Assembly (NCBI GenBank): GCA_013001465.1
Contig: JABDMM010000039.1
Coordinates: forward strand, 32,689-96,688
From: Chitinophagales bacterium
GTDB lineage: Bacteria; Bacteroidota; Bacteroidia; Chitinophagales; JABDMM01
DNA length: 64,000 bases
Direction: 5' to 3'
Position 1 is the stretch's first letter; each line of letters begins with the position of its first letter. The notes under the pieces are model-generated. The model had not been told where the DNA came from. It saw only the letters and a list, made by a program, of their open reading frames with translations, and made no database searches. Position numbers and translations under genes: made by a program. Positions 49,780 to 58,588 of the stretch are shown in pieces.

Positions 49780-51630
49780 ATGTCGATATTTTCAAACATC
49801 TTTTCGTCAGATCCGCAAAAGAAAGACGACAAACTATCCTTTAACGACCAGTTAAACGCCCTGAAAAACCTTCCTGAGTTTTTCAAGTTGATCTGGGAGA
49901 CCGACAAAACCTATACGGTAATCAATGTATTTCTGAGGTTAATACAAGCAGCAATCCCTCTCGCAATGCTTTATGTAGGTAAGTTGATCATCGACGAGAT
50001 CATTCTGCAGATCAGTGCAGATGAAAAGTTATGGGATCTTCTATGGATCTATCTGGCAATCGAGTTTGGACTTGCAATCCTATCCGAAGTCTTAAGTAGG
50101 ATGATCAATTTGTACGATAGCTTGTTGGGTGACCTCTTTTCGAATAAAACATCGGTTAAATTGATCGAACACGCTGCAACGCTCGATCTATATCAGTTTG
50201 AAGATGCTGAGTTTTATGATAAACTGGAAAGGGCACGAAGGCAAACCGTTGGAAGAGTGATGTTGATGTCTCAGGTATTATCACAATTACAGGATATTAT
50301 AACGGTAATGTTTCTTTCTGGAGGGTTGATAATATTTAGTCCGCTGTTACTTGTAATACTTGCTCTGGCGATCATTCCATCATTCATTGGAGAGAGTCAT
50401 TTTAATGAACGCAGCTATAGTTTATCCAGAAGCTGGACACCGGAGCGCAGAGAGTTAGACTATCTGAGATACATCGGAGCAAGCGACGACACCGCTAAGG
50501 AAATTAAAATATTCAATCTGGCAGGGTTTTTATCAAATCGGTTTAAAATACTTTCAGACAAATATTATCTGGCAAACAAGAAATTGGCAACCAATCGAGC
50601 GGTTTGGGGAACCTTATTCTCAGGGATCGGAACATTGTCATACTACGGAGCATACGTTTACATCATAGTTCAAACGGTCAATGGTGCGATCACCGTTGGG
50701 GATTTAACATTTCTGGCCGGATCATTCAGCAGACTTCGGAATCTACTTCAAGCGATCATGAATCGTTTTTCAAAGATCGCTGAAAGTGCGTTGTATTTGA
50801 AGGACATGTTCGACTTTTTTAATATTAAGCCTCGGATAAGCAACCCTGATAAGCCAAAAGAGTTTCCAAAACCGATAAAAGAAGGCATTAAGTTTGAAAA
50901 TGTGAGCTTTCGTTATCCCAATGCGATCAGAAATGCTCTTAGTAATATATCATTTGAGATCAAAGCAGGGGAAAAAATGGCATTGGTTGGCGAAAATGGT
51001 GCAGGTAAAACGACACTAGTAAAATTAATTGCAAGATTATATGAACCAACTGAAGGAAGAATACTTATCGATGGCATTGATATCAGAGAGTACAGTCTCA
51101 GCGAATTGAGGAATGAGATCGGGATCATTTTTCAGGATTACGTCAGGTTTCACATGCGAGCTTACGAAAACATTGCGGTTGGAAACATCCCCAGACTTAC
51201 TGAACGTGATGAAATTGTAGACTCTGCGGAAAAAAGTCTTGCAGATAGAGTTATCCAGGAACTACCGGAAGAGTATGAACAAATGCTCGGAAGGCGGTTT
51301 GAAAAAGGAGTGGAACTATCGGGTGGACAATGGCAAAAGATCGCACTTGCGAGAGCATATATGAGGGAAGCAGAAATTCTAATATTGGATGAACCTACTT
51401 CAGCTCTCGATGCCAGAGCGGAACATGAAGTATTTCAAAGATTCTCGGACCTCATCAAAGGTAAGACAGCGGTACTGATTTCTCACAGATTCTCAACTGT
51501 GCGGATGGCAGACAGGATTCTCTTCCTGGAGGATGGGAAGGTAAAAGAACTTGGGTCCCATGATGAACTTGTCAAGTTTAATGGAAAATATGCAGAGCTA
51601 TTTTCACTTCAGGCGAAAGGATATACGTGA
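49780..51630 (+). CDS. ABC transporter, fused permease/ATPase (exporter type)
   Basis: Six-TM N-half, Walker A GENGAGKTT, signature LSGGQWQK and Walker B ILILDEPT. Confidence 0.93.
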   Translation: MSIFSNIFSSDPQKKDDKLSFNDQLNALKNLPEFFKLIWETDKTYTVINVFLRLIQAAIPLAMLYVGKLIIDEIILQISADEKLWDLLWIYLAIEFGLAILSEVLSRMINLYDSLLGDLFSNKTSVKLIEHAATLDLYQFEDAEFYDKLERARRQTVGRVMLMSQVLSQLQDIITVMFLSGGLIIFSPLLLVILALAIIPSFIGESHFNERSYSLSRSWTPERRELDYLRYIGASDDTAKEIKIFNLAGFLSNRFKILSDKYYLANKKLATNRAVWGTLFSGIGTLSYYGAYVYIIVQTVNGAITVGDLTFLAGSFSRLRNLLQAIMNRFSKIAESALYLKDMFDFFNIKPRISNPDKPKEFPKPIKEGIKFENVSFRYPNAIRNALSNISFEIKAGEKMALVGENGAGKTTLVKLIARLYEPTEGRILIDGIDIREYSLSELRNEIGIIFQDYVRFHMRAYENIAVGNIPRLTERDEIVDSAEKSLADRVIQELPEEYEQMLGRRFEKGVELSGGQWQKIALARAYMREAEILILDEPTSALDARAEHEVFQRFSDLIKGKTAVLISHRFSTVRMADRILFLEDGKVKELGSHDELVKFNGKYAELFSLQAKGYT

Positions 51631-51690
51631 AAAATAATGCAATAGTGAACCTTTTCATATGGATAGGTGGTTAAAGGTGATTTAGAAATT

Positions 51691-52326
51691 ATGATGGAAT
51701 TATCTTTATCTCTATTTGCAGCACTGTTTTCTGTAGTTAACCCCTTTGGTGCAATGCCTGTTTTCCTATCCATGACGCTTCATCAGGAAAAGCATGAAAG
51801 GAATCTGATCGCAATGCGCACAAGTATCTATTTTGCAATGATATTGATCGTCGCTTATGCTGTTGGGCAATATATCCTCAGTTTTTTCGGGATCAGCATT
51901 GAAGCGATCAGAATTGCGGGTGGAATTATCATTTTAACATCAGGATTTGCATTATTGAACGGAAAATTTGCACAAAGCAGAGCGATCGACAAGAAAGTAC
52001 AAGCTGAGGCAATCGATAAAGATGATATTTCATTTACTCCACTGGCAATGCCGCTGTTATCCGGACCCGGATCCATCGCATTGTTGATCGGTTTAAAAAA
52101 TGAGCAAGATCTCATTTGGCATAATTTGATCACGATCGCAGTAATTGTGTTAATAGGACTAATCAGTTTTTTAATACTGAAGTTCTCACCGAACATGATG
52201 AGACTTTTAGGACAGTCGGGAATGCGCTCGATCTCCAGGATCATGGGCTTTATCGTGATGAGTATTGGGATACAGTACCTGATCACGGCAATAAGAAGCG
52301 TTATCTTCACTGCCTCCGGATCGTAG
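51691..52326 (+). CDS. MarC-family (NAAT) integral membrane protein
   Basis: LFSVVNPFGAMPVF pattern and six TM helices. I prefer the ATG at 51691 or 51694 over the upstream GTG. Confidence 0.85.
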   Translation: MMELSLSLFAALFSVVNPFGAMPVFLSMTLHQEKHERNLIAMRTSIYFAMILIVAYAVGQYILSFFGISIEAIRIAGGIIILTSGFALLNGKFAQSRAIDKKVQAEAIDKDDISFTPLAMPLLSGPGSIALLIGLKNEQDLIWHNLITIAVIVLIGLISFLILKFSPNMMRLLGQSGMRSISRIMGFIVMSIGIQYLITAIRSVIFTASGS

Positions 52327-52819
52327 ATACTACATTGTTAACTTAAGATCTACTATTAATGTGGAGAATGTTAATATCTCAGTTATATTCTGTTTATCAG
52401 CATCTTACTATACACATTTTCAATCTAAATTGTTAATTAAATGTTGGTTCTGAAAAGAAGACCCTTGTTTATTGAAGCTTCTAAATCAACTACTTATGTT
52501 GATTTTGTGTGGAAATCAGGTGAGAATAAATTTCGTTTTCAGCGGAAAAATTTTTTATATTTATTTTATCAAGTGAGAGATAAAACTTGAGTACTTCATT
52601 AGTTTCCTCCGGGAGATTAAGGAGAATGAATTGAATGTATTTTCTTTCATGTTCGGTTTTGCCGGGCCTCAGTTCGAACGGTAACTTGACATTAGTTTAA
52701 ATTACGGTTTAGAATTAATGAAGCCGGAATTTCATCGCAAGATCGGGATTTCGGCTTTTGTTGTTTTATGCAGCATAAACAATTTTAAGATTGCTCTGTT
52801 TGTTTTACATTTGCTGCTT

Positions 52820-53254
52820 ATGCTCATTTCCACCTTTTTTAACATAGTATTAGTTTTCTTTACTTCAGTACTTTATACTGAAGGTGAGGCGTTTTCACTC
52901 CAAATAAATATTAGCAATATGGAGGAAAGATCCGGTGTCATAAGAATCGCCGTATATGATGATGAAAATGCTTTCCCGGAGGAACATCTCAAAGCAATTG
53001 CGCTTAAAGAAATCCTTATATCGGATGAGATGACCGTGATCTCGACTGAAGTTGAATTGAAAGCAGGAAATTATGCTGTTAGTCTGTTTCAGGATCTGAA
53101 TCACAATGGGAAACTCGACAAAGGATTATTTGGAATTCCTAAAGAACCATGGGGTTGCAGTGGAGAAAGCTCGAAAGGCACACCTGCTTTTGAGAGAAGT
53201 AGCTTCTTCTTCAATGCCGATATGAAGATCGACGTTACTTTGAACAATCAATAG
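52820..53254 (+). CDS. DUF2141-domain secreted protein
   Basis: GVIRIAVYDDENAFP...GNYAVSLFQDLNHNGKLDKGLFGIPKEPWG matches the DUF2141 pattern. I prefer the ATG at 52820, which gives a signal-peptide-like N-terminus, over 52718. Confidence 0.75.
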   Translation: MLISTFFNIVLVFFTSVLYTEGEAFSLQINISNMEERSGVIRIAVYDDENAFPEEHLKAIALKEILISDEMTVISTEVELKAGNYAVSLFQDLNHNGKLDKGLFGIPKEPWGCSGESSKGTPAFERSSFFFNADMKIDVTLNNQ

Positions 53255-54213
53255 ATCGCCTCAACGATCTTTTCAATACTTATACCTTCAGCTTCCGCTT
53301 TATAGTTCTTAAACACACGATGTCTTAATACCGGTAAAGCGACTGCCTGCACATCTTCAATATCCGGGGAATATTTACCATGGATCGCCGCATGGCATTT
53401 CGCTCCGAGCACTAAATATTGCGAAGCTCGAGGTCCGGCGCCCCACGATACATAGTTATTGATAATATCCTGCGATGATCCATTCATGGGTCTTGTCTTA
53501 CCTGCAAGTGCAACTGCATATTCTAAAACATTGTCTGCGATCGGAATTCTTCTGATCAGATGTTGAAAAGCCAGAATCTCGCGGCCGTCAATAACTTTAC
53601 TGAGACTAACATCGACATCGGTTGTCGTATTCTTTACAACTTGAACTTCTTCATCATAAGTTGGATAATCCAGATATACATTGAACATGAATCGATCCAG
53701 CTGAGCTTCAGGCAATGGATAGGTTCCTTCTTGTTCTATCGGGTTTTGTGTTGCCAGGACGAAAAATGGAAGATCGAGTTTGTGTCTATGTCCGGCAATG
53801 GTAACCGATCTTTCCTGCATAGCTTCAAGCAGTGCAGATTGTGTTTTAGGTGGTGTTCTGTTGATCTCATCAGCAAGCACGATGTTCGCAAAAATAGGTC
53901 CGCGCGTAAACCTAAACTCCCGATTTTCATCCAGGATCTCAGATCCAATAATATCTGATGGCATAAGATCCGGTGTAAACTGGATCCTGTTAAAACTAAG
54001 ATCGAGTATATCGGCTATGGTGTGTACCATCAATGTTTTAGCAAGTCCGGGGACTCCAACAAGTAAACTATGTCCGTTACAGAATATCGAGATCAGAATT
54101 TTCTCGATAACATGATCCTGACCTACGATTATCTTTGCTATTTCTTGTCGTAATGCTTTGTACTTCCCCGCGAATGCGTCAATCGCTTCCTTATCTGAGT
54201 TATATTGTTGCAT
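53248..54213 (-). CDS. MoxR-family AAA+ ATPase
   Basis: Walker A GVPGLAKT, Walker B LADEINR and the ATQNPIEQEGTYPLPEAQLDRF motif. Confidence 0.93.
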   Translation of the reverse strand: MQQYNSDKEAIDAFAGKYKALRQEIAKIIVGQDHVIEKILISIFCNGHSLLVGVPGLAKTLMVHTIADILDLSFNRIQFTPDLMPSDIIGSEILDENREFRFTRGPIFANIVLADEINRTPPKTQSALLEAMQERSVTIAGHRHKLDLPFFVLATQNPIEQEGTYPLPEAQLDRFMFNVYLDYPTYDEEVQVVKNTTTDVDVSLSKVIDGREILAFQHLIRRIPIADNVLEYAVALAGKTRPMNGSSQDIINNYVSWGAGPRASQYLVLGAKCHAAIHGKYSPDIEDVQAVALPVLRHRVFKNYKAEAEGISIEKIVEAIY

Positions 54214-54277
54214 GTATATTTTCTGCTTTTCTGTTAATGAAGTTTACTTATAGCTTGTATAGATGTTTCGGTAAAGA

Positions 54278-55627
54278 TTAATTTTCAACCATCCATTTAT
54301 CCATACCACTACAATCTTTCATGTCCTCATCGATCTTGATATATGTTTCTTTACTTTTATTCTGAATCCATTCGTAGAGCGCTTTTTTCTGAAGCTTTTG
54401 AAGCGCTGCTGACTTAATTCTGCTGTAATCCTTTTCAAGATCTGCTTTATGCGGTGGAGATTCGTTCTTCAAATAAACGATCCTATACGCCTTGTTTCCT
54501 AGTTGGTCCTCAAACACCAAAGGTTTGGTATAGTCACCCTTGCTTAAACCGTCAAGGGCAAATGCAATAGAACCATCGACCTGATCCATTTCGAACCATG
54601 CATCGCCTGAAGCTTGATTTGTAAGTAAGCCACCCATCGCTTTTGAATTCTCATCGCTGGAAAACTTAGATACTGCGATTTGAAAGGTCATTGAATCAGA
54701 AGACAAAAGGCTATATAAACTGTCTGAAGTTTTTTTAGCCTCCTCCATCTCCACACTGGTAACCTTAGGTTTGATGAGGATATGTTTTACTTTGATCTTT
54801 TCCCCTTTTTTCTCTTCGAGATAAATAATATGATAGCCAAACTGAGTTTCGACAATGTCTGAGATCTCACCTTCTTTCATTCTGAAAGCTGCAGATTCGA
54901 ATTCCGTAACCATCTCACCTCTTTCGACATAACCCAGATCGCCGTATTGATTTGCAGATCCAATATCTTCTGATTCAAAATAAGCGGTCATTCCGAAGTC
55001 TTTATCCTCATCGATGATCTTCGCTCTGATCTCCTGTAGTTTTTGCAAAGCATAATCTTTTTGCAACCTACTGATCTTAGGTTTGATCACGACTTGACCC
55101 AACTGAACTTCAGCATTAAAATATGGAAGACTATCTTCAGGAATACTTTTATAAAATTTCCTCACTTCAGCGGGAGTAATATTTACGCTAGCGAAGACAG
55201 ACCTTTGCATATTGTCTGCCAGCAATTGATTGTAGATGTCTTTCCTGAAATCTTCTTTTAACTCTAGTATGGTTTTCCCATAATATTGTTCGAGCTTTTC
55301 CTTTGTTCCGAACATAGAGCTGAAATAACGAATCCTTCTGTCCAGTTCAGTCTCGACCTCATCATCAGAAATAAATACACTATCTGACTTAGCCTCGCTA
55401 ATAAAGAGTTTTTCGAGAACGAGTTGGTCGAATACTGAACACTTGGTGATATTAACGCCCGGAGTAGCTTGTGACAGATACTGCTGATACTGAATTTCTA
55501 CATCAGAATGAAGTACGATCTCATTGCCAACAATCGCAACGATCTTATCTAATAGAATTTCCTCCTGTGCCTTTATACTGAAGAGAAAAAGTATGCTTAA
55601 AACCAGTGTAAATAGGTACTTCATCAA
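54278..55627 (-). CDS. Periplasmic peptidyl-prolyl isomerase, SurA-like
   Basis: Signal peptide, a SurA-N-like chaperone region and a parvulin domain (FGYHIIYLEE, VKHILIK). Confidence 0.88.
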   Translation of the reverse strand: MMKYLFTLVLSILFLFSIKAQEEILLDKIVAIVGNEIVLHSDVEIQYQQYLSQATPGVNITKCSVFDQLVLEKLFISEAKSDSVFISDDEVETELDRRIRYFSSMFGTKEKLEQYYGKTILELKEDFRKDIYNQLLADNMQRSVFASVNITPAEVRKFYKSIPEDSLPYFNAEVQLGQVVIKPKISRLQKDYALQKLQEIRAKIIDEDKDFGMTAYFESEDIGSANQYGDLGYVERGEMVTEFESAAFRMKEGEISDIVETQFGYHIIYLEEKKGEKIKVKHILIKPKVTSVEMEEAKKTSDSLYSLLSSDSMTFQIAVSKFSSDENSKAMGGLLTNQASGDAWFEMDQVDGSIAFALDGLSKGDYTKPLVFEDQLGNKAYRIVYLKNESPPHKADLEKDYSRIKSAALQKLQKKALYEWIQNKSKETYIKIDEDMKDCSGMDKWMVEN

Positions 55628-56481
55628 TTGAAAAATATCTTAAATTTATTTTGCTTTGTTCCTTCACTATAGATCCGGTCATTGATCTCGTCCAGCAAAA
55701 GTATCTTATTCTTATTCAATAATATCTTCTTTATATCATCTTCGACATATTCTAACGGTGCTTCGCTCCCTTTTAGTCTCTTACCTTTAACTTTGACAAA
55801 CAAGGAATAATTCTCTTCTTCCAGTTTAAACTCTTCTTTTCTCATCAGCAGGTCTCCAAAGTCACCCTCCTCCATACTTATCATGTTCACGAATAGCTCT
55901 GCACCAATCCAATTTGATTCGTTGAGATTGTATGTAACAGCATACTGACTGCTAAACTCCTCTAACTTCAACAAATCTTCAAGGGATCCGGAAAAAAACC
56001 AATCTCCCACAGAATCTTTCGTCGGAGAATTGCTTAGTAGTTTCACGTAACTGACATCTACAACATCAAACTCAAGTATAAAGTTGTTCTTATATTGCTC
56101 GTAGTAAGCACTAATTGCGTCAGAAGAAATAACAGTATCCAGTTTTTGTTTTATCAACTCTTGTTCAAAGCGATAGATGATCAGGGATTCTTTATAGTCC
56201 TGAACTTTTTTCTCGATCTCATTGATTTCCTCCGGAAGTTGCTCTTCTGCTTTGAGTAACAATAACTGTCTCTTTACCCAGATGTTAATATAGTTATTGA
56301 TGATGTCTGCGGAGTCGTTATCCATAGACGGGTTCACAATTTCACCGATATCTTTTAGGTAAAGATACCTGTCTCCGACCTGAGCCAGAATTTTTCCTTT
56401 TTGCTCTTGTTCATTTTTATTGAACAGTGAACAGCTTGTAAATAAGAATGTAAAAAGTGCTAATGTAAAAGCTGGTCTCAA
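55624..56481 (-). CDS. Lipoprotein with SurA-N-like chaperone region, no PPIase signature seen
   Basis: Lipobox FTSCS. ATGA overlaps with both flanking PPIase genes. No F/W-GYH-I parvulin motif. Confidence 0.7.
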   Translation of the reverse strand: MRPAFTLALFTFLFTSCSLFNKNEQEQKGKILAQVGDRYLYLKDIGEIVNPSMDNDSADIINNYINIWVKRQLLLLKAEEQLPEEINEIEKKVQDYKESLIIYRFEQELIKQKLDTVISSDAISAYYEQYKNNFILEFDVVDVSYVKLLSNSPTKDSVGDWFFSGSLEDLLKLEEFSSQYAVTYNLNESNWIGAELFVNMISMEEGDFGDLLMRKEEFKLEEENYSLFVKVKGKRLKGSEAPLEYVEDDIKKILLNKNKILLLDEINDRIYSEGTKQNKFKIFFN

Positions 56482-58466
56482 CGTTTATTGATTAATGAAT
56501 TTAAGACGTCGTTGTTGATCTTAACCGGATATTTATCCCGTAGTTCTTCGATCCATTGCTTTTCCAAATATTCCTGATAATCTGAAACAACATATCCTTT
56601 TGCTTCATGTAGCTCTTTAGGTCCGGCAGGAAGAATATTCCGGATGTGGATTACAGTTATTGTACCATTGCTATTGATGATATCGCCACTCAATCCGGGA
56701 GCCCAATTCATCCTATCCACTTCTTCGTCTTGTCCTTTCTCATATTTAGCAGTACGCATAGTAACAGCACCTTCGTTCTTCTTATTGATCTTTGCAACGA
56801 TCTCAGATGGGGTTTTCTTGCTGATAATTTTTCTTAATGCTTTTACCGTTTCAGCATCGTTGCACTCATACTTTACGACTTCAGCGCGCTCTTTCCACAT
56901 ATACTTCTGACGGTTATTCTCATGAAAAGCCTTTAGACCACTTGTATCTTTTATTGCCTTGGTCCATACCATTTCATCGGTTAATTCGAAAAGCAAAATC
57001 CCATCCCGATATTCTTTCATCAAAGCTCTGAAATATGGATCTTTTCTTTCCAGCTGAGCTTCCTCGTGCTCGAAACAAACTTCTTCGACATATCTTTTAT
57101 AATAGATATTCAGCAGATCCTCCTTTTTAGTAAGCCTGCTTCTTCTCAGGTTTTCCATCAGATAGTCTACAAACTGGAGCTGAGTGTATTCTTTACTGGC
57201 AAAGGTGAATAGCAGACCGCTAAACATTTCAGGGTTATCATTTTTCCATTCTCCGGTGATGATAGTTTCAGGAATCTTTTCAATCATTGTAGTCTTACTC
57301 CCCTTTATCTCTTTAAAGCCATACTCTTGCTTAATGTTGGAAAGCATCACTTCCTGAGCTACTCTGGACCTGGAATCTCTTTCAACCTTAACCTTAAGTT
57401 GATTTTTCACCTCCTGAAACGGAAGGAGACCTCTTTTATCTACAACTTTCAAGATATGCCAACCAATATCGGTTTTGACCGGTTTTGAAATCTCGCCAAC
57501 AGCAAGATCAAAAACGACATCTTCGATCTCGTCGAACAGCTGGCCTGTTTCGAACCAGTTCGTACCTGTATAAGGATTGGAAAGCAAGCCACCCTGATGC
57601 AGCGTCTTGTTATCGTCTGAATGTGTTTTTACAGCTTCTTCGAAAGTCCTTCCGCTACCAACAATAGACTTGTACAACTCATGAGCCTTCTGCTCCACAT
57701 TTGCTTTATCAGTTTCATTGGCATCGAGAGGAAATTTCTTTAGAAGCTGCGCTATTTGAACAGAGCCTCTGGAATTTCGGACAGCAGTTGCCGTTAAAAT
57801 GTGATAACCAAACTGTGTCCTCACCGGTTTGCTAATTTTACCGATCTCAGTATTGTACATGGCATTTTCAAAAGGGTATACCGTCTGGAAGACCGTAAGA
57901 TATCCAAGATCTCCGCCATTGGATTTAACCGATTTATCATCTGAGAAAAGTTTCGCAACCGATTCAAACTCCTCACCTTTTAGCAAACGATCTCTGATAT
58001 CGACTATCCTTTTATGAGCCAGGAGCGTATCCTGAGGGAACGCATCTTCTTCGACCTGCACCATGATATGCTTAACATGGATCTCTTTCTGCATACGCTC
58101 ATATGCTTGTTTAACTAATTGCTCAAAGATGGTTTTATCAGTGAGATAAGATTTTGATAATTGTTTTCTATACCCATCGAGTTCCTGGTTAATCGCACTT
58201 ACAGTATCCAAACCCATCGCCTCAGCTTCCATAACCTTGAGTCTGAAATTGATATATAGTTTAAGATACTCGTCTAATGATTCTTTGCTGTAATCAGCAT
58301 CTCCGGTGATATTGTTTTTCGTGTAGACATATTCAAATTCTGAAACAGACACGTCCTGCCCACCAACATTAAACAATGTTCTATTATCATTAGAAATCTG
58401 AGCAGAAAGTATGATCGGGAATAAAAAAGAAAGGAAAGTCAGAATTTTTAAGCTAATCTTAATCAT
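56478..58466 (-). CDS. Periplasmic peptidyl-prolyl isomerase with two parvulin domains (PpiD/SurA-like)
   Basis: Signal peptide from ATG 58466 (MIKISLKILTFLSFLFPIILSAQ). Parvulin motifs GGDLGY...TQFGYHILT and TDIGWHILKV. Confidence 0.88.
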   Translation of the reverse strand: MIKISLKILTFLSFLFPIILSAQISNDNRTLFNVGGQDVSVSEFEYVYTKNNITGDADYSKESLDEYLKLYINFRLKVMEAEAMGLDTVSAINQELDGYRKQLSKSYLTDKTIFEQLVKQAYERMQKEIHVKHIMVQVEEDAFPQDTLLAHKRIVDIRDRLLKGEEFESVAKLFSDDKSVKSNGGDLGYLTVFQTVYPFENAMYNTEIGKISKPVRTQFGYHILTATAVRNSRGSVQIAQLLKKFPLDANETDKANVEQKAHELYKSIVGSGRTFEEAVKTHSDDNKTLHQGGLLSNPYTGTNWFETGQLFDEIEDVVFDLAVGEISKPVKTDIGWHILKVVDKRGLLPFQEVKNQLKVKVERDSRSRVAQEVMLSNIKQEYGFKEIKGSKTTMIEKIPETIITGEWKNDNPEMFSGLLFTFASKEYTQLQFVDYLMENLRRSRLTKKEDLLNIYYKRYVEEVCFEHEEAQLERKDPYFRALMKEYRDGILLFELTDEMVWTKAIKDTSGLKAFHENNRQKYMWKERAEVVKYECNDAETVKALRKIISKKTPSEIVAKINKKNEGAVTMRTAKYEKGQDEEVDRMNWAPGLSGDIINSNGTITVIHIRNILPAGPKELHEAKGYVVSDYQEYLEKQWIEELRDKYPVKINNDVLNSLINKR

Positions 58467-58507
58467 ATTGTGTTCGGTTTTCAAAACAACTTCAATTTTT
58501 CAAGCGG

Positions 58508-58515
58508 CAAATTTA
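58508..58515 (-). promoter_or_regulatory. -7 box TAAATTTG upstream of the PPIase/MoxR gene string
   Basis: TAnnTTTG match on the minus strand, 41 nt upstream of ATG 58466. Confidence 0.4.
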
Positions 58516-58588
58516 CAGTATTTTGCTATAAGTTAAGTTGCAAAAGCTTATTATTAGTTAATTATAATCAGTTACTTAAGTTAAAGTA

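Noticed and set aside
51855-52310. A 151-aa minus-strand ORF opposite the MarC gene.
   Set aside because: It is antisense to a conserved membrane protein gene. Its hydrophobic translation is the mirror image of the TM-rich sense strand.
52672-52678. A GTTCGAA T-loop-like heptamer that might indicate a tRNA or tmRNA gene.
   Set aside because: I could not fold flanking sequence into an acceptor/T-arm or cloverleaf. There is no matching 5-bp T-stem and no CCA-proximal acceptor pairing.
52718-52819. A 34-codon N-terminal extension of the DUF2141 ORF.
   Set aside because: DUF2141 proteins are short secreted proteins. The Met at 52820 gives a plausible signal peptide, whereas the extension adds an atypical charged and hydrophobic leader. 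This call is uncertain, so the region is also flagged as a finding.
53560-54115. Three overlapping ORFs (70-132 aa) inside or opposite moxR.
   Set aside because: They are nested in a strongly supported AAA+ gene and have no motifs.
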